61,796 nt of DNA, filler included, from Porpidia crustulata (GCA_964255105.1; 4 parts of 4 records of this genome joined end to end with filler, not necessarily neighbours in it); one strand, 5' to 3'. Positions 12,301 through 24,720 are shown, counted from the whole stretch's first letter. The notes: generated from the sequence alone by a model not told the origin. Numbers and translations are program-made.

Positions 12301-14760
12301 ACAACAGAAGACGCGTACATGGATCAGCTCAATGTTCTCCGAGTACTATACAGAGATGAGCTTGGTAAATGGCAGCCGCCAATCATTACTCCGAAGAAAA
12401 AAGAGAGCTTTCTCCGTGATGTATTCGGTAAGGTCGATATGGTCAAACACGTCAATGAGGACTACCTCTTAGCACAGTTGAAATACCGTCAGCAGGAGCA
12501 AGGGCCGTGGATAGCCGGCTTTAGTGACATCTTTCGCGAGTGGATTCGCAAAGCTAAGAGTGCCTACATCGAATATGCCATGAGCTTTCCAAAGGCGACA
12601 TTTTTAATCCGCCAAGAGGCCGAGCGCAACATTCTTTTCCGACAATTCCTTGATCAGATGAGAGACAACGAGCGGTCGAAGCGATTAGGTTGGGATACAT
12701 ATTTGAAAGCTCCGATTACAAGGCTTCAACGCTATGGCCTACTCCTATCGACTGTTCACAAGAATATGGTCCAAGATTCCGAAGAAAAGATCAACCTTCA
12801 GACAGCACTCGATGAGATTAAAGCGGTTACCCTGGACTGCGACGCCCGCGTTGCCGATATGTCGAAGAGTGTTGACTTGTCAGAACTTGCGAATAAGCTA
12901 ATCTTAAGACCGGGGATGGAGAAAGTCCATTTAAACTTGGCGCATTTAGGACGAGAGATTATATTCAAGGGAGATTTACAACGGTCTGGCAATAACAAGT
13001 TTACCTGGCTAGAAACTCATGCAATACTGTTCGACCATTATCTAGTATTGGCTAAAACAATCTCTCAACGAGATGCCACCGGTGGTCTAAAGTACCAAAA
13101 ATATGACGTCTCGAAGCTCCCTATACCAATGGATCTCCTTGTTCTCGAGAGTGTGAACGACGATCCAGTAGTGAAGTCATCTGTAAGGGGAATTGGGCCT
13201 GTCACAACGGTTACTCGACCATCACTTGCAAACCAGAACACTTCAAGTGCAAACACACTGACCCACACAACCACTTCTACTTCCATAAATTCCGTCGCTA
13301 CTAATGGATCGGGAAAAACTCTTGTCGCTACTACTGTACTTGATGGCTCAAAGGATGAAAAGATCATGTATCCTTTCCGACTAAAACATCTCGGGAAGTC
13401 TGACGTCTACACCCTCTACGCGCCTACCGCTCAAAACAGGCAAGATTGGTGTGATAAGATAATCGAAGCAAAGACTAAGCATGCAGCTTCTCTGTATGAG
13501 CAGAACGCGGAACCGTTTCGGTTGAGAGTGGTAGCGGACACGGCATTCGCATGCGATGGAATGTCTCCAGGAACAAAGAGTATAGTCATTAGTGGAACTC
13601 CGCTTGACCGTGCCATTCAAGAAGTCGAGGGCAAATTTGCAGGGCAGATAAGGCCGCCACCGGTGTGTAGGGCCCAAGTAAATTGTGCGACAGCTTTCAA
13701 TCAGCCATACGGCAATCCTATGCTTGCAGTTGGGACAAATTACGGCGTGTACATAGCCAATTACAGCAACCCTCGCGGTTGGACACGAGTAAGTCTCCCT
13801 CTCATCTCTGTATTCTTTGACCATCAATGCGGAATCTAAGTTCTCTAACAGGCAATCTCCGCCTCTCACGTCACCCAAATCGCCGTCCTCGAAGAATTCT
13901 CCGTTTTCCTCATTCTCGCTGATAAATCGCTCATCGCCTATCACCTCGACTCCGTCTGCCCCGTCTCCGGCACCGCCCCAACTCCAGGTACAAACAACTC
14001 CGACGCCTCCTCCCGCCGTGCCCCACAGAAGCTCTCGGGCGCCCGCGACGTTGGCTTCTTCGCTACAGGCCGCATGAAAGACCGCACCCTCGTCTTTTAT
14101 AAAAAACGCGAGGGGATTTCCTCCCTTTTCAAAGTGCTCGAACCCGTTCATCAAAAGTCTTCAGGAACATCACGTGGGCGCTTTGGCATCAGAAAAGGAA
14201 CCACGGAATACTTCCGCGGCTTCGACGATTTTTACATCCCCTGCGAAAGCTACGCCATCAATCTCTTCCACTCGAGTCTTGCCATCGCGACTGCCAGAGG
14301 CATCGAGGTCATGACTCTGGACAAGAAACAACCCCTCAGCATCCCCGACCTCAAACCACCCGATTGTGCTTCCATCGCCCAGCGCATTCGTGACCAGAAA
14401 CCCCTGGGTATGTTCCGACTTTCGGACTCGGAGTTCTTGCTTGTGTTCGAGGAAGTTGGCATCTATTGTAACAAACACGGCGACGTGTCGCGGGCGGTCG
14501 TCATGGAATTCGTTGGTCGTGCCAGGCAAGCCGTACTTTACGGGGGCATGTACTTGGTGCTCGTGGATTATGGGGGCGGGTTCGTGGAGGTGCGGAACGC
14601 GGTCAATGGACGTTTGAGACAGGTGGTCAGCGGAAGGGACGTTCGGTTGCTGGATGAAGGGGGAACGGGGAGCACGGTGAAGATCTGCATGCAGCATCCG
14701 GAATGGGAAAAAGGGCAGGTGGTGGTGGAGATGATTGTAAATGAGGGACTGAAGGAGTGA
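9376..14760 (+). CDS. Rho guanine nucleotide exchange factor, Rgf3/Tus1 type (Pro/Ser-rich N-terminus, DH, PH, CNH domains); exons 9376-13788, 13852-14760
   Basis: DH motifs ERQNILHEIVTTEDAY and KAPITRLQRYGLLL; PH (LFDHYLVLAK...RQDWCDKI); C-terminal CNH (VTQIAVLEEF...PLGMFRLSDSEFLL). Intron 13789-13851 GTAAGT..CTAAC.AG. Confidence 0.93.
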
Positions 14761-15382
14761 AGGGCGTAATGATGGGGCTTGGTGATGGGGATTATATTTC
14801 AAGAGGTGCAGGATGGAAGATGGGGCGGCATGGAATCTGGAGCAGGATATAGGGGGCATGGCACATGGTTGGATTTTCTTTTCTACGTGTGTCGGTTGTT
14901 GAGGCGCCGCGATGATTGACGAGCGACGATTCTGGCGTTCTTGGATTCTCAGGAGGACATCACCTGCGGTGCTTGGGCGCATCGATATTGGGAGTCCCTC
15001 CTGTCGGGGCACGGGATCAAGATTTGGATCTCCCTTTCTAATCATCCATCAGTGTTAATATCTAGGAACTCCGCCCTTGGGAGAGCGAGGCTATATAATT
15101 TGATCGGTTCAAAGCATGGGCTTGTATCCGGACTTAGGTTTCTCTGGACAGGAACAGGTGCACTAGAGACGCAGCAATATGTGCTCCTACAGGTATAATT
15201 GCAATTGATGTGTGTCGTGTTATGCTGGTTCATAAGCCTTCAAAGACACAGAGCTGGAAGTGAGATGAGATGGACCTCGGTGCTTGGATTGGGACTCCGC
15301 TAAATTAAGGCTCCTCCCGGCCCCGGGAGCCAAGATGTTCTCACTTGTATTGCGGGGACCTAGGCGCCACGGTGCCTAGCAC

Positions 15383-15482
15383 NNNNNNNNNNNNNNNNNN
15401 NNNNNNNNNNNNNNNNNNNNNNNNNNTTAATTAATTAANNNNNNNNNNNNNNNNNNNNNNNNNNNNNNNNNNNNNNNNNNNN
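15383..15482. other. Artificial contig-joining spacer (44N-TTAATTAATTAA-44N)
   Basis: 100-nt N spacer containing a six-frame stop linker; identical to the other two spacers. Confidence 0.99.
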
Positions 15483-15810
15483 GTATATTTTTGTGGGGGA
15501 AAAGGTTTTCGGAGATGAACATTAATCAAAGCCGTGAAAGATGCACGAGGCATCTGTGATGTTGATCCCGGCCGGACGACGGCGGGTTCGGATTGCTAGA
15601 GTAAACAACCTCGTATCGCCCGGCTGTTTTCCTCATCTCTATCCCAAGCCTCGCTCACAAGTAAGATTCCTAGAAATCCGTACTCAGCATATCTACCCAT
15701 CCGCCTCCGCAGGTACAAAGGCGCAAGTAGTCTCGAGCCTGCCGTTCCGACCATGTCAATGTCCGCTGGTAGTATCCGACTGATATACACCCGAAACATT
15801 AACCGCTACG

Positions 15811-17199
15811 TTACGACGCCTCCCCGAGCCATTTGTACACGACCGAAAAGTCCTTTGCTTTTGCCGTCGCTCCGACCTCTTCGTAAACCTCGGTCGTCTT
15901 CTCTGCAAGTGTTAGTTTCGCACCTGCCCCTAGCGCCGCTTCAACCGCAAGCCGCAGATCCTTCTTCATCAACTCAACCCCAAACCCGCCGTCGTAGTTC
16001 CTCTCGGCGGGCGCTCCGGGGGTGACGCCGGGGACCGGGTTGTTGACTTCCGATGCCCAGCAGCGTCCGGAACTGCCGTTGATGAGTTCGCCCAACTTCT
16101 TGGGGTCGAGCCCAAACTTGACACCCATGTTCATCGCTTCGGCTGCGGCAATGTTGCTGACGGCCAGGAGATAGTTGTTCGCCAGTTTCCCGCTCAATCC
16201 CATGCCTTGTTCGCCCAGGTGGACCGTTTTCTTGCCCATGAGAGCCAGGATCGGGCTTACGCGGTCGACCAGCTGTCCCGATCTCGAGGAGGCGCCAAGC
16301 ATGAACGTCAAGGTGGAATTTTGTGCACCAACGACACCACCGGACATGGGGGCATCGACGAAGCGGCCTTGGGCGGTGCAGTGGACGGCATTGGCAACTT
16401 CGCGGGAGGAGGCCGGGTCGATGGTGGAGCAGTCGATGAAGAGACGTTCATTGTTGGTGGTTGACGAAGGGGGTGGGGGAAGAGGTGGGTTAAGGATGTT
16501 GTGGAACACATTTTTGACGTGCGATGGTTCGGGGAGGACGGTTATGATAGTTTGCTAGCAGAGGAGACAGATTAGCTTGGTTGCTGGATTTGCATGGGTA
16601 GATGCAACACGGTGTTGAACATGAGCGATCGACGGATCAGAGGATTGGCTTTGATGTAGAAATTTTTGGAATCATGAAATAGGGCAAGCACGAATGCGAG
16701 CCCCCTAACTTAGATCATCGATAGAACATGCTCATCATATAGATTGCTCAGTATCAGTAGGAAGATCGAGAATTGACGTACAGATTTCTCGGCAACTTCT
16801 CGAGGTGACTTGGCAACCACGACCCCATCTCCCACCTCCTGCACGAATTTGTCGGTAGCTTCTGTGTTTCTGTCGTTTATGAGCAGTGTGTCCTTTTTTG
16901 GAATCTTCGCTCTAAGGTTCTTGGCCATTGGATATCCTACAATGACCTCAGATAAATCAGCACGTGCTCTAGAACCACCCGCTCGCTTTGAACCAGCAGC
17001 ATCGGCGTCACCGCAAGCAATGAAGTCATTGCAAAGACCTACCCATGCGTCCCAGACCGACAAAGCCCCAAGTCGCCAGATTACTCCCAGAGGAAGCAAA
17101 CGATCTCCTCGTGACCCTCGCAACCGCACCGGAAGCGGCGCCATTCCCAAAAATGCACAATTTCGCCGGAGAAAACCTGATGGAAACCATGGCCCGCAT
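15811..17199 (-). CDS. 3-hydroxyisobutyrate dehydrogenase, mitochondrial; exons 17199(or 17190)-17043, 16936-16782, 16554-15811
   Basis: Rossmann motif GFVGLGRMGYPMAKNL, IDCSTID, DAPMSGG, catalytic KLANN, GFGVELMKKDL; Arg/Ser-rich presequence; both introns in phase. Confidence 0.95.
16632..16743 (-). ncRNA. Candidate intronic box C/D snoRNA in intron 2 of the dehydrogenase gene
   Basis: Box C ATGATGA (16738-16732), box D CTGA (16640-16637), C'-like ATGATT, internal hairpin AGGG..GCA-TTCG-TGC..CCCT; element AGCCAATCCT next to box D is complementary to the conserved LSU rRNA sequence AGGAUUGGCU; host intron is 227 nt versus about 50-110 nt for the other introns. Confidence 0.75.
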
Positions 17200-17264
17200 G
17201 CTCGCTATGTCTGCGCAAATGAAATCGTATGCCCAAGAAATGATAAGAGGACTGACTACAGGAT

Positions 17265-17290
17265 CAGAAAAGAAAAGAAAAGAAAGGAAG
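17265..17290 (+). repeat. (GAAAA)n purine-rich microsatellite (pyrimidine tract upstream of the dehydrogenase gene)
   Basis: GAAAAGAAAAGAAAAGAAAGGAAG read directly. Confidence 0.7.
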
Positions 17291-18312
17291 TAGATTAGCA
17301 GTTGACAGGTGAAAGGAAGCTCTTCTGGCTGCCCTGCATGGTCGGTACTTTCTAGGGTCCAGAGGGCTGGCTCATGGCCTGCCCGGTATGGCCCGTTCGA
17401 GGGGTAAAGGCAGATAGAGGGTGGGAGTAGAGTAAGTACACCATACACGACACACCATACGCCATACGCCACACGCCTATAACGATTCACCAGTAGTAAT
17501 CAGGAGGGATTGATAGACAAAGCGATCGGGACTGTGAGGATGCGACAAAAACGGGGCGAATCCCTACATGCCTCGGCCCTAGTCCATGCGAGGAGCCCGA
17601 TTAGTCCCAACACATAATGCCGCTTCATCGGGACGGCATGAGGTGGGTGGATCGATTTGGTAAGCAGATAGCGAATGGGATCAGGGAGGATCAAAAGCTC
17701 ATCGACAGTAATCAGGAGTCTGGCTGAAGTTCAGAGGATTGCTGGATGAATGGATGGAAGGAATTTCACAAGTGTTGGCAGATCAATTTAGCGTACGGAA
17801 CACAAAGATGGCATTGCACAGCGGGCGCCGTCCAATCACGTGCACTAAACGGGTTAGGGCTGGGAATGCCGTTTGGTGGTGCATGGAAAGGAGCATTGCG
17901 GATAAGTTGCCCAGGAATATACTTGTGCAGGGGAAAACCTCGGCAGCATACAGCATGCATGTTTTCACTTCCATCAAAGGGAGGTCGCTTTGATTAAGCT
18001 CACCGTTAGCCGTTGCTGTTCTATCTATCCAAACCTCCGCGATGGAAGCTGAGATGCCCTGGATGTGATTATCGCTTTCTCCCTTTGCACCCTCGACAAC
18101 GGTAGGAGACACATCGGCCTCCGCTCAATGAACCAACCCCTTCCGGACGCCTGATGAAGATACCCGCACAAGAACGCGAGGTAAACATAAGATGAGGGTA
18201 TGTAAAGAAAAATGGGAAATCTCCGTAGGAGCCATCGTCGAATTCTGAGGGGATAGCTCGACCGTCGTAGTAGGCCGGCGTACATCAAATTCGGTTTGGC
18301 GTCCGACGAGCT

Positions 18313-19749
18313 TCAAACAAAGTAGGGGACAATGGCCCTGCGTTCAACGTTAGCGGTGCCGCAGCTACCAGCCCGAAGACTGCACAAACCCAATCATCAT
18401 CGTCGCCACCACCCCGATCAACGCCCGTTCTCGGATCTTTTCCTTCTTCAGCTGCTGTTCCAGCAGTCTCGCTCTCTTCGCTGGCTGTAGGTCGTTCGTC
18501 CCTGCGGCGTCCTCGTCCTCGTCCAACTCCTCCGCCTTGCGTTTAGAGACCCTGGAGCTGCTCTCCCCATCTAACCTCTTCGCTTCCTCGACCATTTCTT
18601 TAGCTTTCTGTATCATTTCCTCTGGGTTCTCTGGGAGAGGGAGATCGGCGGATCCACCGGGCATTTCTATCTTGACCTTCGTGGTCGTGCTCTCGGTATC
18701 GCCATTGACCTTGGTCACAGATTCGACATCGACCCGGACTTTCTCGCCGTCCACCGACTCCGAATCTGCAATTGATGCCGCATCATTGAGGGTTGATTGC
18801 AAGGAGGCACTCGCTTCACGGGCGTTTGCGGCATTGGATTCTTTGGAGGCTTTACTGGCTCGAGCCTTCCGTGGGGTTGGTCCTGGGGTGGAAGACTTGA
18901 TCGGCGAAGTTGCCCTTGGTCGTCCGCGAGCGCGGGGGGTGGCACCGCGAGCAGTAGGAGGTGGTAGGTGCGGCTTCTCGTTTGCGGAGAAGACGAATTT
19001 TGGGGGCGGCGATATTGACTTCATGTGGGGATTGTCTGAATTCTGTTCAATGGGTGCCTCGTCAACCAAAGCTCTGATCCAAGGGCCCATGTTGTAATCC
19101 TCTGCTAGCTGAAGTGCTGTGAACTGTCAACACTGTATTATCAACACATACACCTTGCTATGGGACGTACCGAATGACTCGGGGATCCACACGTTGCCTG
19201 CAATTTCGTCTTGGCTAGTAGTGGTAAGAGTCTTCAAATAATCTCGCTCAGCTGTTTCTTCTTTGTGCTCTGCCCAAGGAAACGCGGCTTTGAACATCCC
19301 TGTAGCGCTAACGTATCCATCAGTACTTCTTCTCTAAGCGTGTCACATATGTCAGTAATGCGTTTACTCATAAGATTATGGTGACTGCACTGACCATGAG
19401 GAAATACGCCTCTGGGTGTGGCTGGTGCTGATTCGGCGCGAAGATTTCGGAGCCTCTGAGGTTTTTCGGAAGCGGTGCTCTAAGATGTGCATAGTCAAAG
19501 ATCCCAAGGTTCTCGGGCTTCGTCGCATTCGATGTACCGACTTGACCTGGCCTGACAGCTAAGTTTGTCTGACCCAGCCGGCGTTTCTTCACAAGCTCGT
19601 CGTCTTTACTATTGGATTAGCTATGCGCACTAGTTCTAGGGATTCAAGCGATATGGCTTACGATCAGGTGTCTTGTCAAGCGCGAGAAGCGGATTAGGTT
19701 TTGAAGGCAAAGGTCTATCTTGGATCTTGTCGGCCGGTCTGGAGGGCAT
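18313..19749 (-). CDS. Bqt4/MtgA-like inner nuclear membrane protein (KilA-N/APSES domain, C-terminal transmembrane anchor); 5 exons
   Basis: [25 protein letters not shown]...[23 protein letters not shown] signature; hydrophobic tail [19 protein letters not shown]. Introns 19661-19604, ~19395-19334, 19170-19117, 18389-18338. Confidence 0.88.
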
Positions 19750-21711
19750 TGTGAATAGTTTGCGACAAAGGTTTCGCGATTGAGGTGCTCAAAGTATGCT
19801 AAGCTCTATCGGTGCGATTTCGTAGAGCTGGAGCGCGCCGAAAATTACCGTCTATCAATTGATCCCGGTCGGGCGCCTTGGTGGATAAAAGCAACGGTTT
19901 TCACACCGAGTGAAGCTGAAAGTACAGTTGACTGTACGCGGTGACAAGGTGGAGCGCAGTGGAGATGATAGAAATGAGACAAAACTACCGTTGGTTCGCG
20001 TAGTCTGGGGTATGAAAACGGGGATGGAATTGTGAGGTGGCAGGGGAGAGGTTGGTAGTGTCATATCTCTAATCTGCCAGAAGGGGGCTGGCTGGACCTC
20101 CACATGCGGCAGACGACGATGATAACGTCACATTATCCACGACGTCCTTTTTACAAAACTATACGGATATATCATTGTGCACGCAATAGAAAGTAGATCT
20201 AGGGACTTATGTGATCAATACTGATCCGCGTCAACCCATCGCGAATAGGATTGACCTCCAAACAAAAGCAAGTACGCCTCTCATTAGACTAGGAACATAC
20301 ACAATAGAGCCCGTCTTCCAGCTAGCCAGTCACCCAATTTACTTTTGAACCTCCGCTTCCAAATCCTTCAACATGTCCAAATTCCAAGATTTCCGCATCA
20401 TAGTATTACAGTACATTGTATCCTGCTCCATACCCTACCTCCATCTGGTCAGTGATTGCTGTATCAAGGTATCACCTGTGAAGAGTTCTTTGTCTAAATT
20501 ATATTGCTGTAGCGCACAAGATCCTTTGGGTCCAATATGTTTGCACTAGAAGTCTACGGTAGTCTTGATTGTATTGAAGCGTTTAACCCTGAAGATTGCT
20601 CCGTGGCGGGCATATCTCTTCAAGTCTAATTGCTGCTTGATACATCGCTACTCAAAATTCCCATGGTGCCTCTGCATCGAGTTCAATTCTATCATCTCGT
20701 CTCTTCGCGCCTTGATCCTAAATCCTTTGGCACAGCGATATTCCACTATAATATATATTTATTCGATAATCGCCATACATAACCTCAATTTCGAAGAAAA
20801 GCAAAATCATCATCGGGAAATTGGCGCTTTGCACATCTGCCAAAACCCTTCCCACAAAGTGGTACAACTCATCTTGACACGGCCTCCAAGCCCCCACATA
20901 TAGTGGAAAAACTTGGTGGACACGACCAGCTCAAGCCTCTCCCATAGAGACTTGGATACTCAGTGCGGTCTTTCGCAGATTGTATGTTAAGACCTCGGTT
21001 GCATCAGAGAGTCCTAGTCTGCTGGTATCGCGCATGTACTGCCATTGGCCACACACAGGCTCATCATCAAATGAAATATAGTATGAAACGCGGAGTTTAC
21101 ATATAAGTCGAGGGTAGTACGCGTATTATACGAAATCATTCAAGTTGTAGAACCATGGTCTCAGGATTATCCTACCGTGTTTTCACAGCCACCCTCGACG
21201 CGCATTCCGCCATTCAAGCGACTTTTCAGTCGCACGAGAGGCTGTAGTGTGAAGCACAGTTGAAAAGGCGTAGGGCAAAGTTGTGACCAACAACAAGAAA
21301 CCCACTACAGCCAGTGAATCATCTACGGCTTACGTTGTCACATCAAGGGCCCCCATGCCTACCTGTCCATTCCTCGCAGTCTCATTTATAAAGAAATATC
21401 AGAACTGAACCGAGAAGACTAGCATATGTGCATGATACTCAAATGTATTTGACAGTGGCAGCAAAGCCGTATTTGAGATGCAGCAGGCTTACTGCCACAG
21501 AAAACGCTTTTAACACAGAAGAGTTACTGACAGATGCCACACACATGGTGAAACACCGAACAATATAACAATATACACCTTTCCAACGAGTAGCCGAAGA
21601 AGATGAATTAATCATCGCACCTCAGCGCAAATTCTGAGCTGTAGAAAAGAGCCCCGAAATCAGGAATTGTAGTGAGTTGCCATGGAAAAGCTGTAAGGTG
21701 AAGAACACCAC

Positions 21712-24143
21712 TTACCAGCGGCGGCTGCAACTGCCATCAGAAAAGTCCTACACAATAGAGATTTATATGCTCACCTGTAGGCTTCTGCGACCTTTGGCTG
21801 ACGCCTTTTGAGCTTCGGTGTTACGTCGTCGGCTTGGCGCCTACCTTGAGTTTCGCTTTCCTCAGAAGAGTCACCTCGGTTGTCAAAATCTCTCTTGCGA
21901 CCATTTGAGCCTCCTGTGCGGAGCTTGACAGGCGACGCTAAGAGTTCATCTATTGAGTTTCTATGGTGAACGCCCCCGTTGTCAGGGGTGTGATTGCCAA
22001 AATTATTCAAGGCTCCGTGGTTAGATCCGGCTGATAGTGGGCTTTCAACAATGCTGTCGTGGAACGGTGGCTTGCGTAATGAAGGTGGTGGAGGTGGTGG
22101 AGGTTCAAAGTTCTGTGAGTATGATCGTTCACTTGGTCTGGGAGGTAGCTGGTCATTGTTCGCATAATGTGCGCTATGATGACCACGGCTATCAGCACCG
22201 GAAGTTGAACTGTGCCTTCGTTGAATCTGACCACTCCTGCAAATGAGTTAGAGATAGACAACACCTGCTACTAGTATGGCACTTACGGATCGTATGTCGT
22301 TGGACTTCTACTTCGTGAGCTGGGCGTAATGTTAGGCGAGGCTTGTGATGATGGCTCCTGGGCAGGTGGTGGAGGATACGGTCGAGCAGGTGCTCGGACA
22401 GGCTTTGGCGCCCCAGTCACACCTAAGGCAGCAAGCATGGCCTCGGTATCATTTGCCGAGGGTATCCATGGATCGAGATTCCGCGTCGACATTTGGTCAA
22501 CTGCAAGTGCACCTTTACTATTGGATATTTGTATTGCATTTGGCCGCCCTGCGTTGAGTGCATGCTCAAGGCTGTCCATGACATCCCCTACGTCTTCATC
22601 GTCCAATTTGAATTTATATCCTTGATAGGAATCGTCACTGCCGTTCTCGGGTTCTGGATTTTGATCTTTGTTAGCATGACGAGGGTCAAATAATGATTTG
22701 AGATATTCTGCGGGGATAACTTCGCCACCATCAGGGATAGAAAGAAAGATAGGGTCTTTCGATAACTCCTCCCAGTAGCTAGTATCCTTGACATTTTGGG
22801 TGATGATATCGGGTCTCCCGCGATCTGCGTATTTGGAGCGGCAGCATCCATCATTATCAGGCTCTGGTGGAAGGAGAGGAATAGCCTCAGCAACCACAAA
22901 ATTGGCAGACAATGGTCGGCCAGCCAGGTCTATCAGCGCTCCTCCTAAGCCAAGCGATTAGGTCATCCGCAAAGAAGCGAGTTGGAATGACTTACCGCTT
23001 GGAATGTCAGGTACGTCTAATTTATCCAGATCATTATCTTGGATCACAATGTCCGCTATAGCAGCGAAGTGAGATCTTGGTGTTGACGATTGAGATTGTG
23101 CTGGCGCATTGAGGGCAGCTGGGTCTGGGTAGGCTGTCGCAAGATCGCCTCCGGCAAGACCTTGGTATTGGTTCCATTGGTAACCTGTAGTTCGAGACAC
23201 ACTAGAGGGTGAAGTAACGGAAAACGGTTGCGCTAAGACCTTCGAGGGCTGTTGATACTGTGGAGTATTTGGATTGTATCCAACTTCGTGTTGTGGCCAC
23301 GGTGCATTTGACTGACTTGAGCTTTGAGATTCGTAATATGAGCTTGGTGTGGGAGGTACCGTTGCTGCCGTGTATGGTTGCTGCTGAGACAAGCTACCTT
23401 GCTGGTATGGGTAGGCTTGCTGATGAGATTGTTGATGTTGCGCTTGCTGTTGTTGCCATTGATGATAAAGTGGCGATTGGGCAGATACCGGAGTCGGTGG
23501 GCCACTTACCCCGGGGTATTGAGCATAGCCAGGCTGACCATAAGGTGCTGATCCAAAGCCCTTGGGTGGTTCTGGAGGTGGTGCGACATGAGGCGGTAGA
23601 GGATACTTCGTGATTACTGGAGCGTTCGTCTTTTGGCGCTTCATAGGCCGAAAGAAATTTTGTTGATTCGCAAATCCCCTATCTCGGAAATCAATCTAAT
23701 ATGTCAAATCGTGAGCAACTCATAACTTACGCTGGAACCTCGCGCCGTGGCTCAGGACAGTCTTGGGCCCAGTGGTCGGGAGAACCACAATTATAGCACG
23801 TATGTGCATTTGGCTGAGTCGCTTGCTGGGCTTGTGCTGGGCTTGCGGCATTTATGGACTGATATGTTTGCTGATAGCCTCCTGGTTGTGGGTTGCCATA
23901 TTGTTGGTGAGAATAAGATTGTTGAGTATAAGACTGCCCCGGGTATTGTTGCTGAGGATACTGTTGCTGAGAGTATTGCTGCTGAGAATATTGCGGCTGA
24001 TGGTGTTGCTGCTGGGGCTGAGGGTAATGCTGCTGAGGATATTGTTGTTGGGAGTACTGCTGTTGGTATCCTGAATACCCGTAACTTTGAGAGGGCTGGG
24101 CCTGCTGCTGCCGCGATTGCCATGGAGTAGCAGGGGTAGCCAT
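21712..24143 (-). CDS. CCHC zinc-knuckle protein with Q/Y/P/S-rich low-complexity N-terminus; 5 exons
   Basis: CYNCGSPDHWAQDC knuckle; introns 23730-23679, 22995-22945, 22286-22237, 21774-21725 join all ORFs in frame; C-terminus PKLKRRQPKVAEAYSRRW*. Confidence 0.85.
23900..24070 (-). repeat. Imperfect 15-nt coding tandem repeat encoding QQQY(S/P) pentapeptides
   Basis: Repeated CAGCARCARTAYYCN units; protein reads QQQYSQQQYPQQHYP...QYSQQQYSQQQYPQQQYP. Confidence 0.85.
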
Positions 24144-24720
24144 ATTCCTGTCAAGACGTCGTGTAGGATTATGCAAACATTGCTCCGCCGAAGGATGACT
24201 AAGTCAAATGAGCTGCCTCGAGAATAGAGCGTAAGGCTGCGTGATCCGTGAGCACGTCTAAGGATCTGTGACTGCACGGGTCAAGATTTCAGGAGCAGAT
24301 ATTTGAAATTAGATGAAGATAGAAGCTTGGGCAAGGGGACTCTTGTATAACTGATCCGAACCAACACTTCTCAACATTCTTTTTGACACAATATAAAAAA
24401 GAGCAAATTGGCTATGGAAGTTCTGAAAGTTTGTGAAAGTTGAGAAAATGCTGTAGCGTCGACATCGGAATTGAGGAAGTAGTAGACACTTCCAGATTGG
24501 TCAGAGCGGCGTGGATCAACAAGGCCCCGGACCATGTATGTCCCCAAATCTTATTGACGATTATATAATGTGGTCAATATACTTTCGTCTGCCATGAAGC
24601 ACTGTCGCACAAGATGATTGTGAGAGACAAATTGCAACTAGCTACAGCTTCGTATGTCCCATTTAGTCGCTCTTTATCTCCTCTCATCACGCCCTCTCTA
24701 CCGTCTGGTTGAGCCGAAAT

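Noticed and set aside
13381..15045. Long antisense ORFs (257 and 291 aa) over the RhoGEF 3' end, and similar shadows over APL6, LAT1, SEC7 and YCF1
   Set aside because: Explained by GC-rich codon bias of the sense genes; no protein-like motifs.
15427..15438. TTAATTAATTAA as a piggyBac TTAA site or biological repeat
   Set aside because: Embedded symmetrically in Ns and identical at all three gaps: a six-frame stop linker.
16937..17042. Self-complementary segments in dehydrogenase intron 1 (GCAATGA..TCATTGC) as another ncRNA
   Set aside because: No canonical box C and only a short stem.
17851..17859. GGGTTAGGG / CCCTAACCC telomere-like 9-mers (also 3331-3339) as telomerase RNA template or interstitial telomere
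   Set aside because: Only 1.5 repeats with no supporting structure; expected by chance or simple Myb-protein sites.
21004..21067. Second possible C/D snoRNA on the minus strand (ATGATGA...CTGA, 64 nt)
   Set aside because: No recognisable rRNA/snRNA complementarity, no clear C'/D' boxes and no host intron; box pair could be chance.
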